A stretch of 64,000 nt of DNA from an uncultured Anaerolineales bacterium (GTDB lineage: Bacteria; Chloroflexota; Anaerolineae; UBA7937; B3-Chlor). The position numbers and the translations under genes are program-made. Below are positions 34,495 to 43,971 of this stretch, in pieces; the first letter of the stretch is position 1; each line of letters starts with the position of its first letter. Where the stretch lies: contig CAZBJW010000003.1 of assembly GCA_964492135.1 (NCBI GenBank), forward strand, positions 9,364-73,363. Reading direction: 5' to 3'. Under the pieces are notes generated by a model, which saw only the letters and a list, made by a program, of their open reading frames with translations, was not told where the DNA came from and did no database searches.

Positions 34495-35349
34495 TCAGCA
34501 CCCACCTACCATCTCAGGCATGAACTCCGGAAACTCCTCTAGGATCTCCTGGATCCCCTCTTCGCCGGCTACCTCGCGCGCCTGCAAGGCTTCGATCAGC
34601 GTTTGCTTGGGGAAGAATACGGCTCGCCAACGGTTCAGTTCCCCCAAGAGTTCCTCATCGCTGAACTCCTGAGAGCGGTTGGCGATCAGATAGGCGGCCA
34701 AGCCGCGCATGGCCTTGGAGTGGTCGCAGCCGCAGGCTGCCGTGCCATCCTTGTTTACCAGTGTCTGGGCAGTGCAACAGTATTTGCAAGCGGTTTCGCT
34801 GCCGGTTCGGATGTAGCGTTCCAGGTCTGCTCCGGCAAGCGAGATCTTGCGTTGGCCGTACGTGAGATCGAACTCGCGCAACAGGTTGATGCTCGCCTGT
34901 ACGTTGTCAAAGGAAACGCCCAAATCTTCACCATATACGGCAGACACCCCCGCGGGGATGACCTCTCTCTGGATCTCCCTGAGGCGGTAGTAGGGGTTGA
35001 GCGTGCGAAGTTGGGCGATTTCCCCCGCGAGCGATGAGATCATCGTATCGAACTGGGGATCGGAGCAACTCTTGGCAGCCAGGGCGTTCAGTTCTTGGAC
35101 GACCATCTGATACGCCTCCACGACTGAGAGATCACTAGACTCGGTCGGTGCCTGCTGGGCAATGGGGGTTTGACGAGACACAGCCCCTGTCGTGGTCGGG
35201 AATAGCAAGGGGTGGGTGTACAGCCCCACCAAGTAGAAAATCAGCGCCCCTACCAGCGCCAGGGTGTAGCTCTTGCGAATATAGGTGGCACCCGGTTTGC
35301 GCGGTTCATTTTCTTGCTCTGGATCCTTATATCCGTCATTCATAGGCAT
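34495..35349 (-). CDS. membrane-anchored Cys-rich hypothetical protein
   Basis: 284 aa with one TM helix and a Cys cluster ETACKYCCTAQTLVNKDGTAACGCDHSKAM. The family could not be identified with confidence. Confidence 0.5.
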   Translation of the reverse strand: MPMNDGYKDPEQENEPRKPGATYIRKSYTLALVGALIFYLVGLYTHPLLFPTTTGAVSRQTPIAQQAPTESSDLSVVEAYQMVVQELNALAAKSCSDPQFDTMISSLAGEIAQLRTLNPYYRLREIQREVIPAGVSAVYGEDLGVSFDNVQASINLLREFDLTYGQRKISLAGADLERYIRTGSETACKYCCTAQTLVNKDGTAACGCDHSKAMRGLAAYLIANRSQEFSDEELLGELNRWRAVFFPKQTLIEALQAREVAGEEGIQEILEEFPEFMPEMVGGC

Positions 35350-35364
35350 CGGTCAATTCCTCTT

Positions 35365-35502
35365 TCACCTGCGGTCCCCAGACTTTAGGTACGTCTTCAG
35401 GCTCTGGGGAACCAGAAGGCCCCAGAGCACGCAAAGGATATAGCTCACGGATAAGAGCAACCCCGGCAACGAGCCTACTATGGTGAAGTTCAACCCCCTC
35501 AT
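35365..35502 (-). pseudogene. truncated paralog of the copA-linked small membrane protein (27164-27457)
   Basis: Hand translation gives MRGLNFTIVGSLPGLLLSVSYILCVLWGLLVPQSLKTYLKSGDRR*. It shares the SYxLCV.(F/W)GL..P.SL pattern with the paralog. Its ATG overlaps the NfeD stop (ATGA). Confidence 0.4.
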
Positions 35503-35891
35503 TTTCTTACGCCTCCTTCACAATGTGAGCGACGGCTGGTCTCCGCCTCTGTTCCCTCGGTACCACCGACGATGAGTATTAGCCCTTTGAAACCGACGAT
35601 CCTCACTCGTTGGGCGGGCCTCAAGTTCTCCTCTGAGACAGCGCTCCAGAACTCGTTCCGGTAACGAACCTGTCCTGCGGAGTCCATCGGGGTGACCACC
35701 GTGGCTAGTGCTCCCATCATCTCTTCACGTCCAGACTGCACTGGTTGCCTCATGGCTCTTATGACCTTATAGTAGATGAAGAGGGATGTCACTGATACTA
35801 TCGCGTAAGTAGGGAGGGCCACCCCGAAAGGGAAAATGATGAATAGCCCTAAACCGATAAGAGGCATGAAGAGTAATAGATGGCACCACAT
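35499..35891 (-). CDS. NfeD-family membrane protein (OB-fold C-terminus)
   Basis: 130 aa with two N-terminal TM helices and a C-terminal pattern G.V.....W.A.S...L..G..V.V....GL.L.V. Confidence 0.65.
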   Translation of the reverse strand: MWCHLLLFMPLIGLGLFIIFPFGVALPTYAIVSVTSLFIYYKVIRAMRQPVQSGREEMMGALATVVTPMDSAGQVRYRNEFWSAVSEENLRPAQRVRIVGFKGLILIVGGTEGTEAETSRRSHCEGGVRK

Positions 35892-35907
35892 GGCGATCTC
35901 CTTCCCT

Positions 35908-36501
35908 TCATTCAGCAGAGAGCAGGGCCTCGATATCTTTCTCCAAGGCCTCTTTGCTTACCAAGCCGATGTAGGTGTTGTGTATCTCACCCTGCGATGT
36001 GACCAGCGCAGTATGCGGGTGAGCCGTCAGCCGGTAGTCGCGAAATACTTTCACATCCCCCAGAAGGTTGAGGTAATTGATCCCCCTTTCCTCCAGGAAT
36101 GATCTAACTACTTCTGGCTCCTCTTCCACATCGATACCGATGACGACTAGACCCTTGGACTCGTACTCCTCCTGAAGCTCAACCATGGACGATACCATCG
36201 CCCGGCAGTATATTCACCAAGTGGCCCAGAAGAAAAGCATCACCGGCCTTCCTCGGAACTGGGAGAGGCTCACCTCATGCCCTTCCAAGTCCCGAAGTGT
36301 GAAATCGGGGGCCATCATCGCTTGGGTCGTAGGCGTCTCCATAGAGGGAGGGGGGGTGGCTTCATCTACGAAAGTGGACTGTATCTCGGGAGTTGCAGTC
36401 ACCTCTCTTTCTCCCTGAGCGCAACCTACCGCTATCAAGGGGATGGACCAAAGGAAGAGGACGAAGACAAACCAGCGCAAAGATCCTATTCTCTGGGGCA
36501 T
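35908..36501 (-). CDS. TlpA/ResA-like thioredoxin lipoprotein with in-frame UGA replacing the first Cys of WCxxC (candidate selenoprotein, or fresh pseudogene)
   Basis: Track ORFs 36214-36501 and 35908-36198 are in the same frame. The junction reads ...[11 protein letters not shown][TGA 36216-36214][29 protein letters not shown]..., compared with FWASWCLSCREE in the paralog. A lipobox is present (IAVGC). Confidence 0.6.
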
Positions 36502-36581
36502 GGTGGAGTCCTCCTTAGTACGTTCGACTCATAGCCATCATCCGGCAGTGCGGACCACTGGCCATCTTCCTTATCTTCACC

Positions 36582-37097
36582 TTAATCGCCAAAATACGCT
36601 CTTATGGAGAGGATCTCCTCAGGTTCTAAGGGATCGTTTGACCTTACGGTGATCAGGAAATGATGGGGACCTCCCATCCCCTCGTGCATATGCAAGCAGA
36701 CGCTCACCGTACTGGATTCGCCTGGCCCAAGGGTCGTAGAACCTACGACCGGCTTCGGTGGTCAACACCCCTCCAAAGTCTCGATCGTTGGCTCACCGAT
36801 GATCTCTAGCGGCGCATTGCCTACATTTCTAAAGGGGAAGTAATAGTGGAACATCTGGTTGAGCGGAAGGGTCCCTAAATCCGCAGAGTCGTGGTCAAAG
36901 GAGATCCGGGGGCCATTAACAGCGCTTGGTTCTTCTGAGGTGCTCGAAGGTACGACCGTTGGGGCCGGCGGCTCCACGATCCCCTCAGAAGGCTCTAGAG
37001 CACATCCAGCCAGCAGGCCAAATACTATCAGCGCCAGCGATAGGCTCACCTTCTTGCTATGCAGTTTCATCGATATGCATTCCAACGTATTGGCCAT
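36582..37097 (-). CDS. DUF1573-like protein with in-frame UGA inside the family Cys motif (candidate selenoprotein, or fresh pseudogene)
   Basis: Track ORF 36762-37097 ends ...FRNVGNAPLEIIGEPTIETLEGC[TGA 36764-36762]. The same frame continues PPKPVVGSTTLGPGESSTVSVCLHMHEGMGGPHHFLITVRSNDPLEPEEILSIRAYFGD* (hand translation) and retains the family SNDP motif. Confidence 0.6.
36732..36750 (-). promoter_or_regulatory. SECIS-like hairpin 11 nt downstream of the UGA at 36764-36762
   Basis: The minus-strand RNA reads UGA, 11 nt, then GGUCGUAG-GUU-CUACGACC. This is a perfect 8-bp stem with a 3-nt loop starting GU, read directly. Confidence 0.45.
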
Positions 37098-37109
37098 GTG
37101 GCGAATCTC

Positions 37110-37499
37110 CTACAGGGCAGGCACGTACGAGTGGGGACATCTCGTCCTCAGGGAGGAGGCCCGGAAATAGCCCTCCTCTTCATACCTGCCCTCTAGTATG
37201 ACGGTGATACCCCCTCGGAAAGTGTCAGGGGGAAGATCTTGATATATTACCGGTATACTCTCTTTACCCTGAACCTGGAATTTCAGGGTCGAGGTGCTCC
37301 ACTCCCACTCGATGGAACCAGGGATTACTTCTCCGGCCAGTCGAACCTCCTCCCCGTGCAGGCTAGGCCCCTGAGCGAGGAGTTCCTCCACGGTCAGGTA
37401 GTAGTTAGTTAGGGAACTGGTGGCCCCGATGTAGACGATATGGGCCAAGGCCGGTATGATTACGATCGCCCCAATGGCTAACTTTAGAGGCTTGGACAT
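37110..37499 (-). CDS. ccmE: cytochrome c maturation heme chaperone CcmE, Cys-type (CxxxY) variant
   Basis: 129 aa with an N-terminal TM helix. VRLAGEVIPGSI...VIYQDLPPDTFRGGITVILEG aligns with the CcmE OB fold. The heme-binding HxxxY is replaced by CPHSY. Confidence 0.75.
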   Translation of the reverse strand: MSKPLKLAIGAIVIIPALAHIVYIGATSSLTNYYLTVEELLAQGPSLHGEEVRLAGEVIPGSIEWEWSTSTLKFQVQGKESIPVIYQDLPPDTFRGGITVILEGRYEEEGYFRASSLRTRCPHSYVPAL

Positions 37500-37599
37500 C
37501 TGAGTTTTCCTTTTCCCCTTGTGCTTTCTTGGGACGGAAATTGGGCACTAGGACTGAGACATCATATGGACACCCTCTTCCCACCGGTGGAGTTGAGAA

Positions 37600-38367
37600 T
37601 CACCCCCGTCGCTGCCCCATTACTCTTAGGGACATATCTACATAGGGGTAGACGAGCCATACCGTCCCCAGGCCCAACAGACCCCCCGTCCAGGTGCGTA
37701 GCAACCAATTAAGAGAACCGACCCCGGTGCCAGTATAAAAGGCGGACGGGAGATGGGCCCACCCGTCGATGAGAATTCGCAACCACTCGTTGGTCTCTCG
37801 CCAAGTGATGGCGGGAAGCATATCAGTGAGCATGTGGGTAAGACCATCCACAGCGACAGGGGCCAGAAAGAGCAGATACCGCTGTAGGGGGAAGGGTCTC
37901 ACTCGGCGGCGGAGGAGAGCGAAAAGGAAGCCGCCCACGGCAATACCGGTATAGATGGCCAGAGTGCGATGGGCCAAGGCCACCTTGTAGCCCATCTCCG
38001 GTGTGCCCAGAAAAGCTCGCAAGGCTGCGAACTCATCGCTGTGCACAACGGCTACTATCTCTGGCATGGAGTGGGATACCCTTTCCCCGAAGAGAAAATA
38101 GGAGCGTTGCGGCAACTGGTGGCAGAAGATGCTGTAAGCGGTGTAGATCAACCTCCCCAAATGGGAGTAGCCTCGTGCCATCAGAGCGGGAGCGACCCAA
38201 GGCAGGCCAGCAAAAAGGCCGGATACCAGGTTGGCTATGAGTAACCAGTGTTTAGAGAGCCTGGTGCCTAGCCTAACCCTCAACACTTTGCCTCCAGGGA
38301 CTTCTTCGAATAGAGCTTCTTCAGCCATCACCGACCTTGACCAAAATTTGCCTGGCGTCATACGCAA
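37600..38367 (-). CDS. DUF2085-like integral membrane protein
   Basis: 255-aa track ORF (likely start MAEEALF at 38328) with a CHQLPQRSYFLFG motif and multiple TM helices. Confidence 0.65.
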   Translation of the reverse strand: MRMTPGKFWSRSVMAEEALFEEVPGGKVLRVRLGTRLSKHWLLIANLVSGLFAGLPWVAPALMARGYSHLGRLIYTAYSIFCHQLPQRSYFLFGERVSHSMPEIVAVVHSDEFAALRAFLGTPEMGYKVALAHRTLAIYTGIAVGGFLFALLRRRVRPFPLQRYLLFLAPVAVDGLTHMLTDMLPAITWRETNEWLRILIDGWAHLPSAFYTGTGVGSLNWLLRTWTGGLLGLGTVWLVYPYVDMSLRVMGQRRG

Positions 38368-38455
38368 CCCATGTACGATAACAAGCCCGTGTCTCTACCT
38401 TGCTGGCGCCCACAGCCTTCCACCCAGTCCCAAGATATTAGCCTTTACCATGGAT

Positions 38456-39778
38456 CTAGATAATCCAAAAGAGTACGATGATCCCCAGGGCGATCATTAT
38501 CAGTCCGTACCAGAGGCGAAGATCGTGGCTATGCGTGCGCTCCCAGCTAGCCCAGGCCTTGGCCGTCACCCGGTTGCCAGCCAGACCAACGATGGCCACT
38601 AGGGGGATCACGAACATCAGGTTGTACAGCAACAAGTAGCCCATGCCCAGTCTGAGGGTGGTCTTCGCGGCCAGCAAGGTCACTATCGAAACATAGATGC
38701 CTCCTGAACAGGGGAAGGTGCAGAGTCCTACCAGTCCACCCATCACCAGGGTGGCTGGCACCGAGGCCTTCTTCACTAGGTCGGGCATCTGTTCATGGGC
38801 GAAAGAGGGCATACTCAAGTGCACTGGCAGATGAGGCCAGAAGTAATCCTTCAGATTGATTAGTCCCAGGATTATGAGCAGGATGCTGGCTAACTTCGCC
38901 CAGATGTGGGGCTGGGAGCTGAGAGAGACCGCCCTCAGGATACCCAAACCGATCAAGAGATAGACGAAGTAGATGGCAACGATGTAAACGCCGCCAAGTT
39001 TCAAGATCTCCCTCTTGGCGCGCCGCAACGTATAGAGGAAGGCGATGAGGAAAAGGATCACGGCGAAGGCACAGGGGTTGACTCCATCCACGAGGCCAGC
39101 GATGATCACCGGGGGGAGGAGAGCAATCAGGCTTTCGGTCGTAGCTGCTAGCCCCGGCCCTCTCCTATCCATGAACAAAGATCTGGACTCGTCCAGGGCC
39201 TCTTTGAGGGGCGCATCAATGGCAAATTCTTGCATCTCGCCTTGGAAGTTGCCCAAGAGGTAAGATGAAGGGTCTTCGGTCATCACCGGCTGGGCCACAA
39301 CGAGATCGGGGGGGAGATCGCTGCTGGTCAGTGTCCCTTCTACGAGGAAAGCGGGCACATGGCCCAAAAAAACGATGGTACCCTCTTCGGTGGGCACAAA
39401 CGCATAGAGGGAACTGCGCACCTCCGGGGAGAGGCCGATCTCCCCCACCAGGGCAACGAGGGTCTGCCGCCCCTGGGGAGTCAAGTAGTCGTGATGCTCA
39501 ATGCGCGCTCGAAAACCTTGACCCTCCAAGGCGGGGATGAGCGAACGCTCCACGTAACGAACACACTCACCACATCCCGAACTGAAAAAGATATACGCCT
39601 TCTCCCCTCCACCGTCATCAGCTGAAACCACGCCCTTGGATGGCGAGAGTAGCAGGAGAGCCAGTGAGAGGCCTAGAAGCACCCTAGTGGTGAGGCGTGT
39701 CCTGCTCGGGTTGTTCTCGACCTCCTCTCGCTTTGAACCCTTGCACAACGATAGCCTTAACACGATATCTCCCCTCAC
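38456..39778 (-). CDS. fusion of an extracytoplasmic thioredoxin-like domain (CGEC) with a CcdA/DsbD-type transmembrane electron-transfer domain
   Basis: 440 aa with a GTG start. The N-terminal signal/TM helix is followed by FFSSGCGECVRYVE. The C-terminal six-TM domain has VNPCAF and TFPCSGG motifs. Confidence 0.8.
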   Translation of the reverse strand: MRGDIVLRLSLCKGSKREEVENNPSRTRLTTRVLLGLSLALLLLSPSKGVVSADDGGGEKAYIFFSSGCGECVRYVERSLIPALEGQGFRARIEHHDYLTPQGRQTLVALVGEIGLSPEVRSSLYAFVPTEEGTIVFLGHVPAFLVEGTLTSSDLPPDLVVAQPVMTEDPSSYLLGNFQGEMQEFAIDAPLKEALDESRSLFMDRRGPGLAATTESLIALLPPVIIAGLVDGVNPCAFAVILFLIAFLYTLRRAKREILKLGGVYIVAIYFVYLLIGLGILRAVSLSSQPHIWAKLASILLIILGLINLKDYFWPHLPVHLSMPSFAHEQMPDLVKKASVPATLVMGGLVGLCTFPCSGGIYVSIVTLLAAKTTLRLGMGYLLLYNLMFVIPLVAIVGLAGNRVTAKAWASWERTHSHDLRLWYGLIMIALGIIVLFWII

Positions 39779-40393
39779 TCCGAGAGAGCGTAGGCCGTGA
39801 CGGTCACTATTACCTCTGGCTCATCTGGATCGTTGGAGCCGATAATGACCGCCCTTTCCACCCTTCCCCTCCAGGGGGTGAAAATCAGCGTCGAAATAAA
39901 CCGTCAACTCCGCCTCTTACCCCGGGGGGATTATCCCCGCTGCGAGACGGGCCATGGTACAACCACAAGTTGTATAAAACTGGCTTATCAGCAGATCCGC
40001 CTCGCCCCGATTGGCAACCTGAAAAGCATGCTCCAGGTTCTCCTCCGCTTTGACGGTGCCGAAATCGTAGTAGTATGATGGGATTTCTATGTCGGGGTAG
40101 AGTCCGTCGGGAGAGGGGCGGGCGGTGGGAAGGGGCCCGGTGGGTATCTCATGAATAGCCATTATGAACCCCGCGGAAGGCAACTTCGATCCTGGGTTTA
40201 TGAGAGTCCCCGAAACAGCTCCTGTTGTCGCTGAGGTCATCCAGAAGACGAATATGGCTGCAACTACCGCGTCACCTGCCAGGCCGAAGGTTCGCCCCCT
40301 TTTCCCAAGGGTGGCTTTTCTCCGCACACCTCCTCGTTTCGGCTTTCGTCTTTGTCCCTTCTTCACTTGATCTTCCTCTAGATGGCCTATCAA
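39775..40393 (-). pseudogene. DUF1573-family gene with in-frame TAA and a 1-nt frameshift
   Basis: ...YDFGTVKAEENLEHAFQVANRGEADLLISQFYTTCGCTMARLAAGIIPPG[TAA 39919-39917]EAELTVYFDADFHPLEGK, then a shift near 39860, then VERAVIIGSNDPDEPEVIVTVTAYALSE*. Its stop overlaps the GTG of the next gene. Confidence 0.75.
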
Positions 40394-40870
40394 CAGGGTT
40401 TAGGGTCATTCTGTGAAGGCAGGTAGTTGCGGAGGAAGATGGCGGAGCTCACCTGGGAGCCATCTATTCCACGTATCACCGGACCTTGCCATCCTTTTGG
40501 AGTTTACTTTGGAATAGTGTGACTGGGGAGGGTCAGATGGCGGGCGAGGATATAGGTAGAATTGCCTACCGGCGACACCCATGAGATATGCTGACAACTC
40601 AGGTCCTCTCAAGGAGGGCGATGGAGACACGTAGCCCTTGCCCCTACTCCTCCCACCGCTGGTTTGCCCTTCTGGTTCCGCCCTTTGGTGAGCGTGCTGC
40701 CCATGTGACTGAGTTCAAAGGCCTCTGTGCTTGGTGAGGAAATGGTTCGCGAGAAGTGTTTTCGCTTGAAAGATGGTTGTCCATTTGATACACACATTGG
40801 TTGAAGCCGAACACCGACACGAGATGAAGGAATTTTTCGAGCAGGGGAGATTCACGAGTAATGCTTCTAA

Positions 40871-42240
40871 ATGACAGCGTACAAGAACGAATGTTTCGTC
40901 TTCCCAATGCGGCGGCTCACCGTGAACCTGGCTCCTGCCGACCTCCCAAAGCAGGGCCCGGCATTCGACCTCCCCATCGCCGTGGGCACCCTTTTGGCCT
41001 CAGGACAGGTCTCACCCTTCTCTTCCTCTGTATTCATCGGTGAACTCTCCTTAGATGGGAGCGTGCGACATGTCGATGGCATCTTGGCCATGGTGAGCGT
41101 GGCCAAGGAGGAGGGGTTCCGGCGAATCTTCGTACCCCATTCCGATGCTCCAGAGGCCTCCCTCATTGGGGGGATAGAGATCATCCCTTTAGAGAGACTC
41201 GCTCAATTAGTGGGCCATCTCAACGGTTCGCAAGAGATACCGGTCTATGAGGCTGATCCCGAGGCTTTAAGCGCCAAGAGACCTGAATACCCTATCGATT
41301 TCTCCGATGTGCGAGGTCAGGAGCATGTGAAGCGGGCCTTGGAGGTGGCGGCTGCTGGGGGACATAACGTGCTTATGAGTGGTCCTCCCGGTGCAGGCAA
41401 GACCCTTCTGGCCCGTGCTCTCCCGACCATCCTTCCCACCATGAGTATCGATGAGGCCTTGGAGGTGACGAAGATCTATAGTGTGCGGGGGCTATTGCCA
41501 GAGGGGACGCCCCTCATCATACAGAGGCCCTTTAGGTCTCCTCATCATACCATCAGCCATGCTGGGTTAGTAGGGGGAGGAACCTGGCCCAAGCCGGGGG
41601 AGATAAGTCTGGCCCATCACGGGGTGTTATTTCTAGATGAGTTACCTGAGTTTGGACATCGGGTATTGGAGGTGATGAGGCAGCCGATGGAGGATCGGGT
41701 GGTGACCATCAGTCGGGCCAAGACCACCATGACCTTTCCTGCCAACTTCATGTTGATTGGGGCTATGAACCCTTGTCCTTGTGGATATTTTGGTGATCCG
41801 GTGAAGGAGTGCAGCTGCTCGCCGGCGATAGTGACCCGATACCAGAAGAGGCTCTCTGGTCCTCTATTGGACAGGATAGACATCCATGTGGAGGTCCCGA
41901 GGGTAGAGTATGAGAAGTTGGCTAGCGATGTACCATTGGAGACCTCGGAGCGGATCAGGATGAGGGTAGAGGAAGCCAGGGAGAGACAACGCAAGAGGTT
42001 TGTTGAAACGCGTCTAGCCTGTAACGCAGAGATGGGGCCTGGGGAGGTGAGGGGATATTGTCGATTGGATGATGGGGGGAGGAGCCTACCCAGGCGATGC
42101 AGCAGTTACAGATGAGTGCCCGGGCCTTTCATCGGATCTTAAAGTTAGCGCGTACGATAGCGGACTTGGGAGGAGAGAGGGAGATCACCACCGCTCACCT
42201 AGCGGAGGCTATTCAATATCGGCCCCGGAGGCAGATGTGA
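40871..42240 (+). pseudogene. comM: ComM/YifB-family Mg-chelatase-like ATPase with degraded 5' end and a C-terminal frameshift
   Basis: RRLTVNLAPADLPKQGPAFDLPIAVG...Walker A GPPGAGKTLLARA...VLFLDELPEF. The frame changes near 42085-42095 (...[10 protein letters not shown] then [26 protein letters not shown]...[12 protein letters not shown]). A TAA lies immediately upstream of the first ATG, and about 50 N-terminal residues are missing. Confidence 0.75.
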
Positions 42241-42850
42241 GCGGGGATAGGCCCAAAATGCCTGTTGGTGGTTGCATTTCCGTCAGGCGCTCGATGAATG
42301 GCTGGAGGAAAAGACTATGCGACAGAGGCGAACAACCTAGCGCACCCAGGGAAGTCTCCTTGGGGACAGCGCATGAGGGAAGCGAAAAGGCAATGAGGGT
42401 CTTACATCCCTGCTGGTGGTCAGCTCAAATCACGGAATCTGCAATGACTTCGTTTGATGGCGTTCCCACAGTATCCGTTTGCTGTCGTCGCCACCCGTAC
42501 TGACGAGATACTCTTCGAGGCGCTCGGGCGAGAGGGGCCGAGACGAAAGACTGGCAGCCGGTGATCTGACTCGTTCAGATGCTCCCGGGTCGGTTGCAAA
42601 AGGTGTCATTCCGAACTCAAAATTGCCGAAGAGTTGATTTGGGCTAGGCTCCTCAAGTCCCGATAGTTAGGTCAACCCTAATCAATTGAATGATGCTAAC
42701 CTTCAAGTCATGGTCAGCGGCGCGAAGGGAGAGACCCAGAGCTGGGCTGGGCTTTGCCATCCCCTCTCCGGCATGGATCTCGACCAGGCCTTCCGTAAAC
42801 ACCATGCCCCTTTGCCTCACGCTCAATGAAGACTGCTTATGGATGGTTCC

Positions 42851-43384
42851 CTACTCCTTTCGATTCTCCCCCTGCTTTTGAAGGGCAGAGATGAACCCTT
42901 CCAGCCCCACTCGAGCCGCTTCGCTCTGCAAGCGAAGCCTGTCCCGTAGGGCCTCCAGATCCACCAAGGGCGGCACCTTCTCATCGGGAACCTTCTCATA
43001 GAGTTCGATGAGACCCCCATGGGCCTCCTTAGGGTGGATGAATGCGATCTTTTTGGCCCCCGTTCCTATGCGGGGCTTCCCATCGACAAGTTCTACGCCT
43101 CTCTCCTTCAGACGGGCTAGGAGCTTGTGGATATCGATCACCTCGAAGCAGATGTGGTGCATCCCCTCTCCCCGCTTCTGGAGAAAACGAGCCACCGGCC
43201 CATCCTCTTCTATGGGCTCGATCAACTCCACCTCGCTCTCCCCCGCGGGCATGAAAGCCACCACCACGCGTTGCTCCGATTCCGCCTCGGTGTGGGCCAC
43301 CTTGAGGCCAAGGCTCTGATAGAAGGTCAAGGCCTCCTCTATGCTCTTCACCGCGATGCCGATGTGATCGATCTTCTTGATCAT
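42851..43384 (-). CDS. mce: methylmalonyl-CoA epimerase (VOC/glyoxalase fold) with a C-terminal extension
   Basis: MIKKIDHIGIAVKSIEEALTFYQSLGL...VELIEPI...GPVARFLQKRGEGMHHICFEV...GAKKIAFIHPKEAHGGLIEL. Confidence 0.8.
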   Translation of the reverse strand: MIKKIDHIGIAVKSIEEALTFYQSLGLKVAHTEAESEQRVVVAFMPAGESEVELIEPIEEDGPVARFLQKRGEGMHHICFEVIDIHKLLARLKERGVELVDGKPRIGTGAKKIAFIHPKEAHGGLIELYEKVPDEKVPPLVDLEALRDRLRLQSEAARVGLEGFISALQKQGENRKE

Positions 43385-43971
43385 GCTTCTCTCTCTCCTT
43401 TGAAGGCTACAAGTGAACTACGGGCTCCATATCCCCCCCACGAATCTAGGCGAACCTATATTCAAACACGTCAGTGCCTCTAGAAGCCCCACATGGCCGC
43501 GTGTCCCCGGAGACCTCTCATAGGAGATCGCTTATCTCCCCTAAGCTGGCCTGCGCCTCCACGCACTCTAGGATGCGGAGATGAGGTTGGCGTCCCCTCG
43601 CGCTTCTTTCCCAAGATGATCAGGGCAGTTCTCGAGTGCTATATCATCGCGCTTTCTTGGGCAGGAGCGCCAGCCGCTCTCTCCGCTTGTGTTGAACTCA
43701 GGGGACCGGAAAGGTTCCTCTGCTCCTTCCCGGGCCGACGAGGTGGTTCATCCCCACCGCCATCTACTTGCCCTTCTCAACCTCTATCTGAAAACGGTAA
43801 GCCCTCTCCGTCCTGACCACCTGATACAAGATGCTCACCATCTACGGATGACTTGAACAACCCGTGCACAGAGCAACTTTCAATCACTTCACCTCTCTCA
43901 TGCACGTTCGAGCAGTAAACCGATCTCTGGCTCGCCTCAAGCCGATTCCACTGCGATCTCCCGGCGTCACA

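Noticed and set aside
42241-42850. Possible small gene (59-aa MTPFATDPGASERV...LEEYLVSTGGDDSKRILWERHQTKSLQIP on the minus strand) or toxin-antitoxin pair downstream of comM
   Set aside because: The RBS is weak, no family was recognised and there is no partner ORF. The similarly gene-poor stretch at 43385-43971 also yielded nothing supportable.
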